Part shown: in pieces, positions 9,544-19,372 of the stretch
Numbering within the stretch: position 1 is the first letter of the stretch
Layout: each line of letters starts with the position of its first letter
Source of the DNA: Candidatus Latescibacterota bacterium
GTDB taxonomy: Bacteria; Latescibacterota; UBA2968; UBA8231
DNA length: 64,000 nucleotides
Direction: 5' to 3'
NCBI GenBank assembly: GCA_965219385.1
Contig: CBDCNM010000002.1
Span: forward strand, 468,639-532,638
Program-made: the position numbers and the translations under genes
Notes under the pieces: generated by a model
What the model was told of the DNA's origin: nothing
The model's input: the letters and a program-made list of their open reading frames with translations, nothing else
Databases searched by the model: none

Positions 9544-11601
9544 TTAACGCACATACCTGAGGACGCGATCCGCCCCCGCCTCCGGGATGGCAAAGGGCCC
9601 TTCCAATTCCCGCCGATAAACCACCCACAGATGCCGCCCCGCACGGGTGTGGACCCACAGCCCCCAGACCCCCTCCGGCAACTCCTCTTCGACCGGGCGA
9701 ACCTGTTCGACCAGGCGCTCTTGCCACCAGGGGTGCACCAGGGCCACAAAGGTGGTGTGCCGGGCCCGGCGCCGGCGGATGAGGAGGGCGCTTTGTTCCG
9801 CCGCCGGGTTGAGGGGCACCTGCCCCTGGATGATGCGGGTGTCCTCCTCGCAGGGAAGGACCAGGTCCACGTGGCCCTCGGGCAGGCCCCACTGGAGCCG
9901 GACCGGGCCTTCCGGGTCCGCTGCGACGGGGTTGGAGACGTGCTCGTAACCATCGCCCTTTAGTTGCACCTCCTGCTTTTGAGCAAGTCCCTGCTCTACT
10001 TCCGGACTCGCATTAAAACGGCACACCCAGTCGATCTGGCGCTCGCCCTGGCACGCCACCTGGAAAAAATCGAGGAAATAGGTTTCCATCCACAGGATGA
10101 CGCGGCGCATGGCAACTCCCTGGTAGGGCGCTTCCTCCCAGTTGACCCGGGCATCGGCTACCCCAAAGGGGCTGTCAGTGCCGCTGTCAAAGGCCTGCAG
10201 CCGCCCCGCGGCCTCGGGCTGCGAACACCCATCCACCACCACGGTATTGTGGCTCAGGGTCTGGCGGTACCAGGACTCGTGCAGGTCCATGCCGTACCCG
10301 GGGGTGCCCAGATCCGGCGCCAGCGGATGCCCTCCGGCGTAGAACGAGAGGCCCAGCTTGTCCGGGTGGCCGTGGCTGCCCCCGTGGGGGCCGTACTTCA
10401 GCAAGAGGTGATTGCGCCAGGCCGGCTTCCCGGAGCGCAACAGGGCCAGGCCCGAAGGCTCCAGGCTGACCCCGCCCATCCCGGGCTCGGCCGCACCCCC
10501 AGGCAGCTCGCGGCCGTAGAGCAGGGCCTCCACCGAAGCGCGAGGCCGATCCTTGTAATTGCCTTCGAGCACCCAGGCGAATTCGGGATCCCCGTACCAG
10601 CCATAGGCGACCTCGTAGAGGGCCGCGGCCGGGGGCACCCCGTGGCATACGTCCCCCAGCAGGGAGGTGAAAAACCAGCAGTCGTTGGTGGCCGGCAGCC
10701 GCAAGTCCGGAGCGGCCAGGACCACCGGGGTGCGGAACATCTGCCGCAGCCGTCCGGCCTGGCCCAGCGAAGGGTCCATGGCCTCGGCCATCTGGGCCTG
10801 GCTCAAAAGGGCGGCCAGGGCGTAAAAGTGGTAACTCGAAGACCCCTCCCACCACAATCCATCCGCCCCTATCCCCTCCTCGAGCTGGTGGCGAAAGCCG
10901 AATTCCTCTTCCACTGCCGTGCGTACGAAATCGGGCTCGTCCAGGCAGATCCCCACCCCCCCGATGGCCGCGTTGTGCCAGCACTCGATGTTGTGGATCT
11001 CCCAGTACTTCTGGGCAACGATGTGTACTGCGGCCGGCCGCAGCAGCTTTTCCTCTACCTCCTCCTGCGCGTTTGCGTCCAGGTCCCCCCGCACCAGGTC
11101 GTAGGCCCGGACCAGGGGGATCAACCACACCGCCTCGTCCAGAGACTGGAAGGTGGCCCGCCCCCTTGCCCGGGGACGCGGATCGCGGCTCGGTTCGTAG
11201 GCAGCGTAGCGCCGGGCGTACCCCAGGAGGATCTCCTCCACCCGCTGACAACAGGTCTGGTCCTGGTCCACGTGCCACAGGAGCGCCAGCTTGAAGGCCT
11301 GGGCCGAGAGCCGGTTGTTGACGAACCAGCGCCAGGCCGCATCGTAGGGCTGCCCGGAAAAAACCTCTCCGTCCCGGGGGCAGCAATGCGCCCGGGGCCG
11401 GTCCGGGTCGAAGCGCAGCTCCACCCCGTGCCGCGGACAGAAGTAGTCGTGGTAGAATCCGGCCTGCTGGTCGGGGAGGTCCATCCGCAGGGCCAGAAAT
11501 TCCCGGGCCTCTTGCCGCAGGCGGGCGCAGGCGGGTTCGTACTCCCCACTCCGGATCCGCTCCGCCAGGGTGTCCAGGCGCTTTTTGCTCATCAAACGCA
11601 T
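9544..11601 (-). CDS. Heparinase II/III family / oligo-alginate-lyase-like polysaccharide lyase
   Basis: Motifs HNIECWHN, DGLWWEGSSSYHFY, HGGSHGHPDKL, DLGTPGYG and WYRQTLSHNTVVVDG. No signal peptide is evident. Confidence 0.8.
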   Translation of the reverse strand: MRLMSKKRLDTLAERIRSGEYEPACARLRQEAREFLALRMDLPDQQAGFYHDYFCPRHGVELRFDPDRPRAHCCPRDGEVFSGQPYDAAWRWFVNNRLSAQAFKLALLWHVDQDQTCCQRVEEILLGYARRYAAYEPSRDPRPRARGRATFQSLDEAVWLIPLVRAYDLVRGDLDANAQEEVEEKLLRPAAVHIVAQKYWEIHNIECWHNAAIGGVGICLDEPDFVRTAVEEEFGFRHQLEEGIGADGLWWEGSSSYHFYALAALLSQAQMAEAMDPSLGQAGRLRQMFRTPVVLAAPDLRLPATNDCWFFTSLLGDVCHGVPPAAALYEVAYGWYGDPEFAWVLEGNYKDRPRASVEALLYGRELPGGAAEPGMGGVSLEPSGLALLRSGKPAWRNHLLLKYGPHGGSHGHPDKLGLSFYAGGHPLAPDLGTPGYGMDLHESWYRQTLSHNTVVVDGCSQPEAAGRLQAFDSGTDSPFGVADARVNWEEAPYQGVAMRRVILWMETYFLDFFQVACQGERQIDWVCRFNASPEVEQGLAQKQEVQLKGDGYEHVSNPVAADPEGPVRLQWGLPEGHVDLVLPCEEDTRIIQGQVPLNPAAEQSALLIRRRRARHTTFVALVHPWWQERLVEQVRPVEEELPEGVWGLWVHTRAGRHLWVVYRRELEGPFAIPEAGADRVLRYVR

Positions 11602-11757
11602 CTACTCGGTTCCCGTACTCCTGCAGCCCCAAAGATGGATGACGTCCATCGTATCGAGCAGAGTGCCCGTTGGCATGATTATTCTCCTAGGCGGCGACTC
11701 CACGAAAGACAGGTTTACATATGTGTTCGGGAGCAAAACACGCGAGGTGTTTCAAGG

Positions 11758-12360
11758 CTACAATTTTTTCAATTCGTTGACAATTTGAGCAGAAGGCAGA
11801 CGGGTATCAAACTTCGCGTCGATGAATTTCCAGGCGATTCTGCCATTTTCATCAACAACGAAAGTAGCGGGACGTGCTATATCAGTATTACTCGGGTCAA
11901 CCACGTTGTATGCAGAGATAGTTTGTAAATCCTCGTCCGAGAGTAGAAGATAGGTTATTTGGAGCGACTGCTGTGTCGCAGCCACCAGAGACGTTGGATC
12001 CGCACTAATTGCAATCAGTTCAGCACCCTCTGCTTGAATAGCTTTATACCCTTCTTGCAACTCACCGAGTTGCATTTGGCAGAAGCTTCACGTCCCAGTG
12101 CGATAGAAGACGAGTACCACCTCTTTGCCGATATAGTCGGCGAGATTGTGGAAATTTCCATCGCTATCCGGGAGCGAAAATGCTGGTGCATCTACACCGA
12201 TTTCCAACCCTTCCCCTGGAGGCAACTGTTCCGATATGTCCTTTTGTGGATCTGACGATACGACCTCGGATGCTTTGTTTGCTTTAATACAAGCAAAGCA
12301 CATAAGCGTCGCGGTGATTAGGCCAACGCAGGCAAGTTCATTAATAAGTTTAGGCTTCAT
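11758..12360 (-). CDS. Selenocysteine-containing peroxiredoxin-like (AhpC/TSA, thioredoxin fold) protein, possible lipoprotein
   Basis: ORFs 12088-12360 and 11758-12075 are in one frame, separated only by TGA (12088-12090): VVLVFYRTGT-U-SFCQMQLGEL, a UxxC motif. Also GVDAPAFSL, LIAISAD and ARPATFVVD. N-terminal ..LMCFAC resembles a lipobox. Confidence 0.85.
12051..12085 (-). promoter_or_regulatory. Bacterial SECIS element
   Basis: Immediately 3' of the UGA: CUUCU-gccaaa-UGCAACUC-GGU-GAGUUGCA-AGAAG. This gives a perfect 8-bp upper stem with a G-containing apical loop plus a 5-bp lower stem. Confidence 0.75.
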
Positions 12361-12767
12361 ATCTCCTGCCTCCTTTCATCTGCTTGTGATTGCATCCATT
12401 GGCGAACATCGGCGCTCATCTTTTCAAGAATCGGTTGTCCGGTAGCCCCACAGGTATGTTCGACCCGGGCACGGACGCCGATTACCACCTCTTTTTGCTT
12501 TCTTATAATAATCAGGTAACCGCCAAGGGGAAAGCTTGTCAGGATACTTAATCAGAGATTCCACTGGCTAAGCTCACGCGTGCTCCGCAGCATAAGCTGT
12601 TCGGTACACGTCTCGAGCGGTTCATCCAGGACATTTAGGCTATGGCAAACAATTGTCCCCCTCTCGGTGAAGGGGGTCATCAATAGGCAGTTTACTCCAT
12701 GAAGACTTTTCATCTAAAGACACTCCTTTCGATTTTTCGCTTTCTTTTACGATCAGAAATATATTCG

Positions 12768-12890
12768 TTAATCCCTCTCCGCCAAGAAGAGGCCGTGGAC
12801 CTCGCAATTACCATCCGTGTAGGATGTATAGTAGACACAGAAGAGATCGCCGCTGGGCAGGCGGACTAGCGAGGGGTAGCCACAGTTCCA
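12768..12890 (-). pseudogene. C-terminal fragment of a sialidase/BNR-type protein
   Basis: WNCGYPSLVRLPSGDLFCVYYT resembles the D.GYP....L.DG....VYY end of BNR-repeat proteins. The 5' part is missing, next to the transposase remnant. Confidence 0.5.
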
Positions 12891-12999
12891 GCAGGAAACA
12901 AAACCGTACTGCGAGCCCTGTCGAAGGACCTGCAAACGACCATCAGGGAGCTTGTCTGACCCTTGCGTGCGCTCAGCGCCTTGACAGAAGCCAAAAAGG

Positions 13000-13370
13000 G
13001 GCCTTATTCTACCCATACTTTCTATCGCAAACGCTGGACGGGCACGGAGACCTTTCATCGGGACGGCCCTGCCCCATCTGGGCATGGGCGACGGTCAGTT
13101 GCGCACCGGCGAGGGCCAGACCCGGCACCTGTACCTGGTGAGGTTGACGCACCGTCTCCTCATGGCCCAGATGGGGCAGGGCCGTGCGAGTGGCTGGGCT
13201 CATACCGTGCTGACGACCATCGGCCAAGCCGGTCGAGCCGTGTCGCGAGAAACGCTCAGTAAAACCATCCATTGGGCAGTCGACAAGGCCACAACGCTGG
13301 GGTGGAATCAGCAACGGATCGTCACCTACCTCGAACTGGTCTAAACCGGAGTTTGCAAAAGTCCAGCTTA
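13000..13370 (+). mobile_element. Degraded DDE transposase C-terminal fragment (IS4/IS701-like)
   Basis: YRKRWTGTETFHRDG, then a frameshift near 13070, then HLGMGDGQLRTGEGQTRHLYLV. This resembles the Y-x2-R-W-x-E region of IS4-superfamily transposases. A possible right end TTTGCAAAAGTCCAG follows the stop. Confidence 0.6.
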
Positions 13371-13384
13371 AAGGAAGAATCCTC

Positions 13385-13870
13385 ATGCAGATTTCCAGCC
13401 AGAAAGTCGTCACCATAGATTATACCCTTACCGACAATCAGAACGCCGTCCTCGACAGCTCCGAAGGCGGCGAACCCCTCGCCTATATCCACGGCATCGG
13501 CAACCTGATCCCTGGCCTGGAAAACGCCCTCGAGGGAAAGGCCGCAGGCGATGCCTTCAGGGTCGCCATCCAACCCGACCAAGCCTACGGCGAACGCCGG
13601 GAAAATCTGGTGCAGACCCTCCCACGCCAGCACTTCGACGGCGTCGACAACCTGGAAGTGGGCATGCAGTTTCAAGCCTCCACCCAGGACGGCGACACCC
13701 AGATCGTAACCGTGGTCGCCATCCAGGGCGATCAGGTCACCGTGGACGGCAACCATCCCCTGGCCGGCCAAACCCTCAACTTTGAGGTCTTGGTGGTAGA
13801 GGTGCGCGACGCCACCGCCGAGGAACTGGAACACGGCCACGTCCACGGTCCGGGGGGACACCACCACTGA
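13385..13870 (+). CDS. slyD: FKBP-type peptidyl-prolyl isomerase SlyD
   Basis: Motifs VVTIDYTL, PLAYIHG.GNLIPGLE.ALEG and VDGNHPLAGQTLNF. His-rich tail HGHVHGPGGHHH. Confidence 0.95.
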   Translation: MQISSQKVVTIDYTLTDNQNAVLDSSEGGEPLAYIHGIGNLIPGLENALEGKAAGDAFRVAIQPDQAYGERRENLVQTLPRQHFDGVDNLEVGMQFQASTQDGDTQIVTVVAIQGDQVTVDGNHPLAGQTLNFEVLVVEVRDATAEELEHGHVHGPGGHHH

Positions 13871-14074
13871 AAATTTAGGAGCCGGCATTTAGAAGGCTTC
13901 TTAGACTCTTCTAACCCAACACCAACAGGCCCGCATCCCCGGGCGGACATATCTATGCGAGCATACCCGAAGATGGTGCCGAATTCGCCGCCCGTCGGGA
14001 TGCTCTTGCGCACCGCGAGAGCCTCTTTTATCTTTGCAGTTCAGGCAAGGGAACACTGAGGAAAGGACGACAAC

Positions 14075-15097
14075 ATGGGCCACTATGTCTACATTCCGAC
14101 CGGAGACGAGGCCAGACTGCAGATTCACGAGCTCGATCCCGGGTCGGGCAGGCTGAGGCTGGCAACGGAAATCGAGCTCCGGGGTGTGGGGTACGCCTCG
14201 TGCACCGATCCAGACCGAAAGTACCTGTACGTGACCACGCGCGATGAAGCGGACATCGCCGTGGCCACCTACGGCATCGATCCCGGCAGCGGCGACCTGA
14301 CGCTGATCGGCGAGGTCGATTTGGCAGGCCACCATCCCTGCTATCTGTCTACCGACCGCACAGGCCGCTTTCTGCTCGCCGCCTACTACAGCGACGGGTT
14401 GGTCACGGTGCATCCGGTCGGCACCGACGGGGCCGCACACGGCCCGCCGGCCGACCGCCGCGAAACCGAGCGCTACGCCCACTGGGTGGCCACCGACCCG
14501 TCGAACCGCTACGCCTTCGTGCCCCATGTGGCCGCGGCGAACTCGATCTACCAGTTCAGATTCGACGAGACCACCGGCAAGCTGACGCCCAACGCGGTGC
14601 CCAAAATCGCGGCGGGGCCGGGCCAGGGGCCGCGCAACATGGCTTTTCACCCGAAGCTCGATGTGGTGTACGCCGACAACGAGCAGGAGTGCAGCGTTAC
14701 CGTCTATCATCTCGACCGGTCAAACGGCACCCTGAAAGCCGGGCAGACGGTGTCGACCCTACCGGAGGAGGGGTTCGAGGGTGAGAAGTCGAACGCGCAG
14801 CTGCACCTGCACCCGGATGGGCGCGCGGTGTACGCCTCGAACCGGGGTCCCGACAGCATCGCCATGTTCTCGATTGATCCCGAGAGCGGGGCGATCACCT
14901 CGCTGGGCCAGCAGCCGGCTCAAAAGATCCCGCGCTCGTTCGGAATCAACGGCGACGGCGACTTCCTGATTTCGGGCGCCGACCAGTCCACCATCCTGAC
15001 GTCCTTCAGGATCGGCGCCGGCGGTGCCCTGGAGCTCGTGGAGGAGTGCGACATCGGGGCGACGTGCGCGTGGGTTCTGCCGGTGAAAACCGGGTAG
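14075..15097 (+). CDS. Lactonase family beta-propeller (6-phosphogluconolactonase-like)
   Basis: Motifs PCYLSTD..GRFLLAAYY, AH.V.TDPSNR, GPRNMAFHP, YASNRGPDSIA and PRSF. Confidence 0.85.
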   Translation: MGHYVYIPTGDEARLQIHELDPGSGRLRLATEIELRGVGYASCTDPDRKYLYVTTRDEADIAVATYGIDPGSGDLTLIGEVDLAGHHPCYLSTDRTGRFLLAAYYSDGLVTVHPVGTDGAAHGPPADRRETERYAHWVATDPSNRYAFVPHVAAANSIYQFRFDETTGKLTPNAVPKIAAGPGQGPRNMAFHPKLDVVYADNEQECSVTVYHLDRSNGTLKAGQTVSTLPEEGFEGEKSNAQLHLHPDGRAVYASNRGPDSIAMFSIDPESGAITSLGQQPAQKIPRSFGINGDGDFLISGADQSTILTSFRIGAGGALELVEECDIGATCAWVLPVKTG

Positions 15098-15104
15098 TGG
15101 CGGC

Positions 15105-15235
15105 AGAGGCTGCAAGCGGCGTATACAGCGTTGCCCTCAGTCGCCCTATTTGGTCATGGCCTCCTTCGGACGCCTTGTATACGCCGATTTCGCTCGCGCT
15201 CGGGACACACCGGGAATTTTAAGAAGGCTTCTTAG
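15105..15235. repeat. MITE/REP-like intergenic element
   Basis: An 11-bp inverted repeat CGGCGTATACA (15117-15127) / TGTATACGCCG (15176-15186). The element ends in AATTTTAAGAAGGCTTCTTAG, a motif that recurs elsewhere in the window. Confidence 0.5.
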
Positions 15236-15276
15236 AAGACCTCTCATGGGTATTACCGCCCCTTCACAGCCAGGGC

Positions 15277-17190
15277 TCACCTGGTCGGGGCCCGGGCTCT
15301 GGCTCTCTCGTAGATGTGCCTGAAGTGGTTCTCGTCCCGGGGCAAGCGCGCCACGGCCTGCTCCAGGACTTCCTCTGCCTGCTGGACTTCTCCCGCCTCA
15401 AGGTGGTACCCGATCAACTCAAGATAGGCCATCCGCTCCTCGGGGTTGGCGCGCAGGGCCTCCTGATAGGCCCGCAGGGCAGCGGGCCACTCTTTCAGGG
15501 CGCGACGGGCACGCGCCAGGTTGATCCAGATCTTGGCCTGATCCGGATGCTCCTGCGCGACCCGCTCAAAGGCGCGGGCCGCTCTCTCCATCTCGCCCCG
15601 CGTGCCGAGCACAACTCCCAGGTTGAGCCAGGCCTGCCAGTAGGTGGAGTCCAGGAGCACGGCCTGCTCGAGGGCCCGTTGGGCCCGGTCCAGCTGCCGG
15701 TCCTGGGCCAGGGCCATGCCCAGGTTGTAGTGGATCGCCGCGTTTCCTCCCATGTCCATGGGCGCGAGCCGGAAGTTCGCGGCCCCGGCAAAGACGACCC
15801 CGACCGCCAGGGCCAGGCCGGCCCTTTTGAAGCGGTGCGCCCGCAGGCAGGCGTAAATCCAGTGACCGCCGTGGGCCGCGAAGAGCAGCAGCAGGGGAAG
15901 GAGAGGGACGCGATACCGGGCGGTGGGAAAGAAGGCGACTACTGAAAGGGCGTACACCGCGATGAAGAGCGCCGGCAGGGAGAACCCCTGATGGCGGAGG
16001 GCCAGCAGCAGCCCCAGCAGGGCCAGCGGAGCCGCGATTCCGGAGGGGAAGGCCACGCCCCACTTCCACAGGGTCGCAGCCAGGATGGAGGAGTAATTCC
16101 GCCAGAAGTAGATGTCCTGGTTGCGCCCGATCTCATCGCCGTGCCAGAACAGGAAGAGCTTCCTGGCCAGCAGGCCGAGGTAATCGAGGGGCTGCGAGCG
16201 GATATAGTCCCAGGATCGGGCGAAGAAGAAACGCGACCAACGCGAAGGCTGCTCAATGCCGGCCTTGCGGGGCATGCTGACTACATTGTCCCACTCCAGG
16301 CCGGGCCGCGCGTTGACGGTGCGGTCGTAGTCCGGGTTGTTGCCGACATAGAAGTTTATCCCGGCGTTGTAGGAGATGAGCACGGTGTCCCCGCCGATGG
16401 CGTAGTTGCGCAGGGCCACGGGCGCGATCACCACGGCGGTGCCCAGCAGGAATATCCCGGCCCGGTGCAGGGCCGGCAACAGGCCGCGCCGGCGCAGGTC
16501 CCACCAGCTCCACGCGGCCCCGGCCAGGACAAAGCTCAGGACCGTGGGCACGGCCAGGACTCCCAGTCCGAAGACCAGGCCGGCACTCAGGAAACCCCAG
16601 GGAGAGGGGCGCTGGAGGCTGCGCAGCAGCAGCCCCAGGCCGGCCAGGTCGAGGAAGGTGGCCAGGGAGGCGGGCAGGAGTTCGCCGTCGAAGAAGATGA
16701 GGGGGCCGCACAGGGCCGCGGCCAGGGCCGCGACCGCGGCCACCAAGGGCTGGAAAACCCGCCGGCCGATCCAGTAGAGCAGGGCGCAGGTCAGGGCCCC
16801 GAACAGGGCCTGGAAAAGGCGCGCAGCCTGGAAGAAGGACTGGGGGAAGAGGAGCTTTACAAGGCCGAGGAAGTAGGGGTAGAGCGGCGGCGGCCAGAAC
16901 GGCCCCTCGCCCTCGCCGCGCCCCAGCCAGTTGCCGGCCGCCAGGCGCCCGGCATGTTGACCGTAGGTCAGGGAGTCCACCGCGGGGTGCGCGAACAGCG
17001 GACTGGAATCGATTCCCAGGACATAGAGCAGGCGGAGGGCCAGGGCCAGCAGGAAAGCGATCCAGAACCATTCCGGCGCCCTGCTGGGGCTGCGGCCCAA
17101 TAGAACTGCTGCTCGCTCCTGCCAGGTCTCGTCTCGCTCCCCGCGCGCCCGGGTGGCCCCGCAACGGGAGCCGGGGCCGCCTACTCGCAT
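15277..17190 (-). CDS. GT-C (PMT/ArnT-like, GT39/83) membrane glycosyltransferase with C-terminal TPRs
   Basis: Motifs D...Y...A, PPLYPYFLG, NAGINFYVGNNP and RYRVP, with multiple TM helices. TPR motifs include HYNLGMALA and AWLNLGVVL. The start is uncertain. Confidence 0.75.
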   Translation of the reverse strand: MRVGGPGSRCGATRARGERDETWQERAAVLLGRSPSRAPEWFWIAFLLALALRLLYVLGIDSSPLFAHPAVDSLTYGQHAGRLAAGNWLGRGEGEGPFWPPPLYPYFLGLVKLLFPQSFFQAARLFQALFGALTCALLYWIGRRVFQPLVAAVAALAAALCGPLIFFDGELLPASLATFLDLAGLGLLLRSLQRPSPWGFLSAGLVFGLGVLAVPTVLSFVLAGAAWSWWDLRRRGLLPALHRAGIFLLGTAVVIAPVALRNYAIGGDTVLISYNAGINFYVGNNPDYDRTVNARPGLEWDNVVSMPRKAGIEQPSRWSRFFFARSWDYIRSQPLDYLGLLARKLFLFWHGDEIGRNQDIYFWRNYSSILAATLWKWGVAFPSGIAAPLALLGLLLALRHQGFSLPALFIAVYALSVVAFFPTARYRVPLLPLLLLFAAHGGHWIYACLRAHRFKRAGLALAVGVVFAGAANFRLAPMDMGGNAAIHYNLGMALAQDRQLDRAQRALEQAVLLDSTYWQAWLNLGVVLGTRGEMERAARAFERVAQEHPDQAKIWINLARARRALKEWPAALRAYQEALRANPEERMAYLELIGYHLEAGEVQQAEEVLEQAVARLPRDENHFRHIYERARARAPTR

Positions 17191-17287
17191 TTCCTCCCGC
17201 TGTGGGGGGCAATGTAGCGGTTGGTCCCGCCCATGTCAATGCCGGTGTTTGTTGCCCACGGCGGGCCCAGGGTGGGTACACCCACGG

Positions 17288-17316
17288 TTGATTGTGTCCG
17301 TGCCAACGGCTATATT
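17288..17316 (+). promoter_or_regulatory. Putative sigma70 promoter
   Basis: TTGATT-17 nt-TATATT, upstream of a GAGGAG RBS and ATG 17354. Confidence 0.4.
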
Positions 17317-17353
17317 CATGCGCCTCCACTCGAACAGCCTGAGGAGTATAGCC

Positions 17354-19240
17354 ATGACGGTCACCATTGAAGCGCGCGAGTCTGCGCCCACCCCACCAGC
17401 ATGGGCAGTCCTTCAGCGCCAGCTGTTTGACGCGATTGAAGAGGCCGGACCCAAGGTACTGGAAAGATACACCCGGACGGATGGCAACCTGCTCTGGCCC
17501 CCCAGTCCTGATTTTCAGAGCATCGACGCGCTGGACGACTGCTATGAAAGCTTCCACAACTGGCCGCTCTTCTACCTGCTCGGGGGCAACGATCGGTTCC
17601 TCACGGACGCTCAGCGGGAATTCGAGATCATCACCGGGGCGATGAGTCACCACGACACGGGGCATGGCTATCCCATGGTGGTGAAGGAGTATCAGCCGGG
17701 CTACGACTGGTTCCACCAGGGGGAAGGCAACTACCTTTTCTACATGCTCTGCATGGCCAATCCGGACAATCCCGCCAACGCCGAGCGCGCCCGACGGTTC
17801 GCAGGGCTGTTCCTCAACGAAGATCCCGAAGCGCCCAACTACGACCCGCAAAACCGGATCATCCGCTGTGCGAGAAACGGCAGCATGGGGCCGGCTTACT
17901 GGACCTTCGGGGACACGCCCCACTGGCCCTATCCTGGATACAACCTGCCTTTCTACGATGTGCCGGGATGCACCAATCACGAGGCGGTGGCCAGCGATCC
18001 CGCCTTGGCCGAGCGGCTGGGCCAGGCCATGTGCGAGCGCCAGGGCCGGGGAGACGCCGTGGCCAACCTCCTGGCAACAGGTCTGGTTGCCAACGCCTAC
18101 CTGCTGACGGGAGAGGAGAAGTACCGGAAATGGGTCCTGGAGTACACCGAGGCCTGGATGGAGCGCGCCGAAGCGAACCACGGCATTGTACCCGACAACG
18201 TTGGGTTGTCCGGTGTAGTCGGTGAATACACCAACGGCAAGTGGTACGGATCGAGCTATGGCTGGGCCTGGCCCCACGGGTGGCACAGCGTGGGGCAAGC
18301 GGTCGGCGTCGCGGCCCAGAACGCCGCCCTGCTGACGGGGAACCTGGATTACATGGATTTTGCGAGGTCGCAGATCGATGTGCTAATTTCCCGCAGCATC
18401 GAGCGCGACGATCAGCTGTACGTGCCGCACAAGTACGATGATCCCGGCAGGGTCAACTATGAGCCGGGCATGTGGATGCAATATCCGATCACGAAGGAAG
18501 ACGGCACCGCCCTGCAGCAAGACGGCTGGTTCGAGTTCATGCCGATCTACCCGTCCGATATTGCCCATCTCTGGTGCATGTCGATGACGGCGGGGGATTC
18601 ACAGCGGTTCGAGCAGACCCGCAAGAAGACCGGCGACCCGTTCGCCATCAATTCTTGGCACCATACCAAAGACCAGGGCGGGCACGATTGGGGGTGGCTG
18701 GCCTACCTGCACGGAGATTTCGACGAGTATCCCGAGAGGATTCTCAAACACAACCTCGGCCAGGTTCAGGCGCGCCTGGACTTCATGGCGCAGGACCAGG
18801 AAGATCCCGCACACTACTCGGACGCCTATTTTCAGCGGCGGAATCCGGTCGCGTGTGAAGGCCTGGTGCAACTTACCCTCGGCGCACCGCTGCCCCATTA
18901 CAATGGGGGATTACTGGTCGCGAGACTGCGTCACTTCGACGCCCAACGTCGACGTCCAGGGCTTCCACCGGACGTGGCGGCGCTGGTCTCGCGGATGACC
19001 GAAGAGAAGGCCGAACTGACCCTGGTGAACCTGAGTGCGTCGGATCACCGGGAGCTACTGGTCCAAGCAGGAGGCATGGGAGAACACGAATTCACCGAAG
19101 TGGGGGCCGATCGAGCTCCTCAACACACCCCTGTGAACGGCACGACCCTCGAGATAGGCTTACCCCCAGGCACCCAAATCAAGCTCGAACTGGGCATGAA
19201 ACGCTTTGTCCACCACCCAACCCTGGCACTTCCGTGGTGA
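17354..19240 (+). CDS. Conserved hypothetical protein (~628 aa), paralog of 26424-28247
   Basis: RBS GAGGAG. Motifs shared with the paralog: DWFH..E, NAYL.TGE.KY..WVL.Y, PDN.G.SG..GE...GKW.G..YGW.WPHG and YNGGLL. Confidence 0.8.
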   Translation: MTVTIEARESAPTPPAWAVLQRQLFDAIEEAGPKVLERYTRTDGNLLWPPSPDFQSIDALDDCYESFHNWPLFYLLGGNDRFLTDAQREFEIITGAMSHHDTGHGYPMVVKEYQPGYDWFHQGEGNYLFYMLCMANPDNPANAERARRFAGLFLNEDPEAPNYDPQNRIIRCARNGSMGPAYWTFGDTPHWPYPGYNLPFYDVPGCTNHEAVASDPALAERLGQAMCERQGRGDAVANLLATGLVANAYLLTGEEKYRKWVLEYTEAWMERAEANHGIVPDNVGLSGVVGEYTNGKWYGSSYGWAWPHGWHSVGQAVGVAAQNAALLTGNLDYMDFARSQIDVLISRSIERDDQLYVPHKYDDPGRVNYEPGMWMQYPITKEDGTALQQDGWFEFMPIYPSDIAHLWCMSMTAGDSQRFEQTRKKTGDPFAINSWHHTKDQGGHDWGWLAYLHGDFDEYPERILKHNLGQVQARLDFMAQDQEDPAHYSDAYFQRRNPVACEGLVQLTLGAPLPHYNGGLLVARLRHFDAQRRRPGLPPDVAALVSRMTEEKAELTLVNLSASDHRELLVQAGGMGEHEFTEVGADRAPQHTPVNGTTLEIGLPPGTQIKLELGMKRFVHHPTLALPW

Positions 19241-19280
19241 GAGGGAGCCGCATCTCCCCGGGCGCTGCCGCTGTCCGGCT

Positions 19281-19372
19281 TCACTGCCAAATATCATCGA
19301 TGGTGGCCCTCTCCTGTTCGACCTCCTCGAACCAGGATTCGAGTTCCCGGAGCAGTCTGTCGAGGTACTCCT
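19281..19372 (-). pseudogene. Possible orphan C-terminal helix of a sulfatase-like gene
   Basis: EEYLDRLLRELESWFEEVEQERATIDDIWQ* reads like a protein C-terminus but has no upstream gene. It abuts the stop of the M6 gene. Confidence 0.3.

Noticed and set aside
11605..11680. 24-aa ORF MPTGTLLDTMDVIHLWGCRSTGTE upstream of the lyase
   Set aside because: It has an AGGAGA RBS but is too short and has no recognisable motif, so it cannot be supported.
9964..11928. Long antisense or alternative-frame ORFs (also 3298-4668, 16253-18298, 24022-25956, 35964-38057, 40607-42682, 48899-50557)
   Set aside because: They overlap well-supported genes, have no recognisable motifs, and are expected from stop-codon scarcity at high GC.
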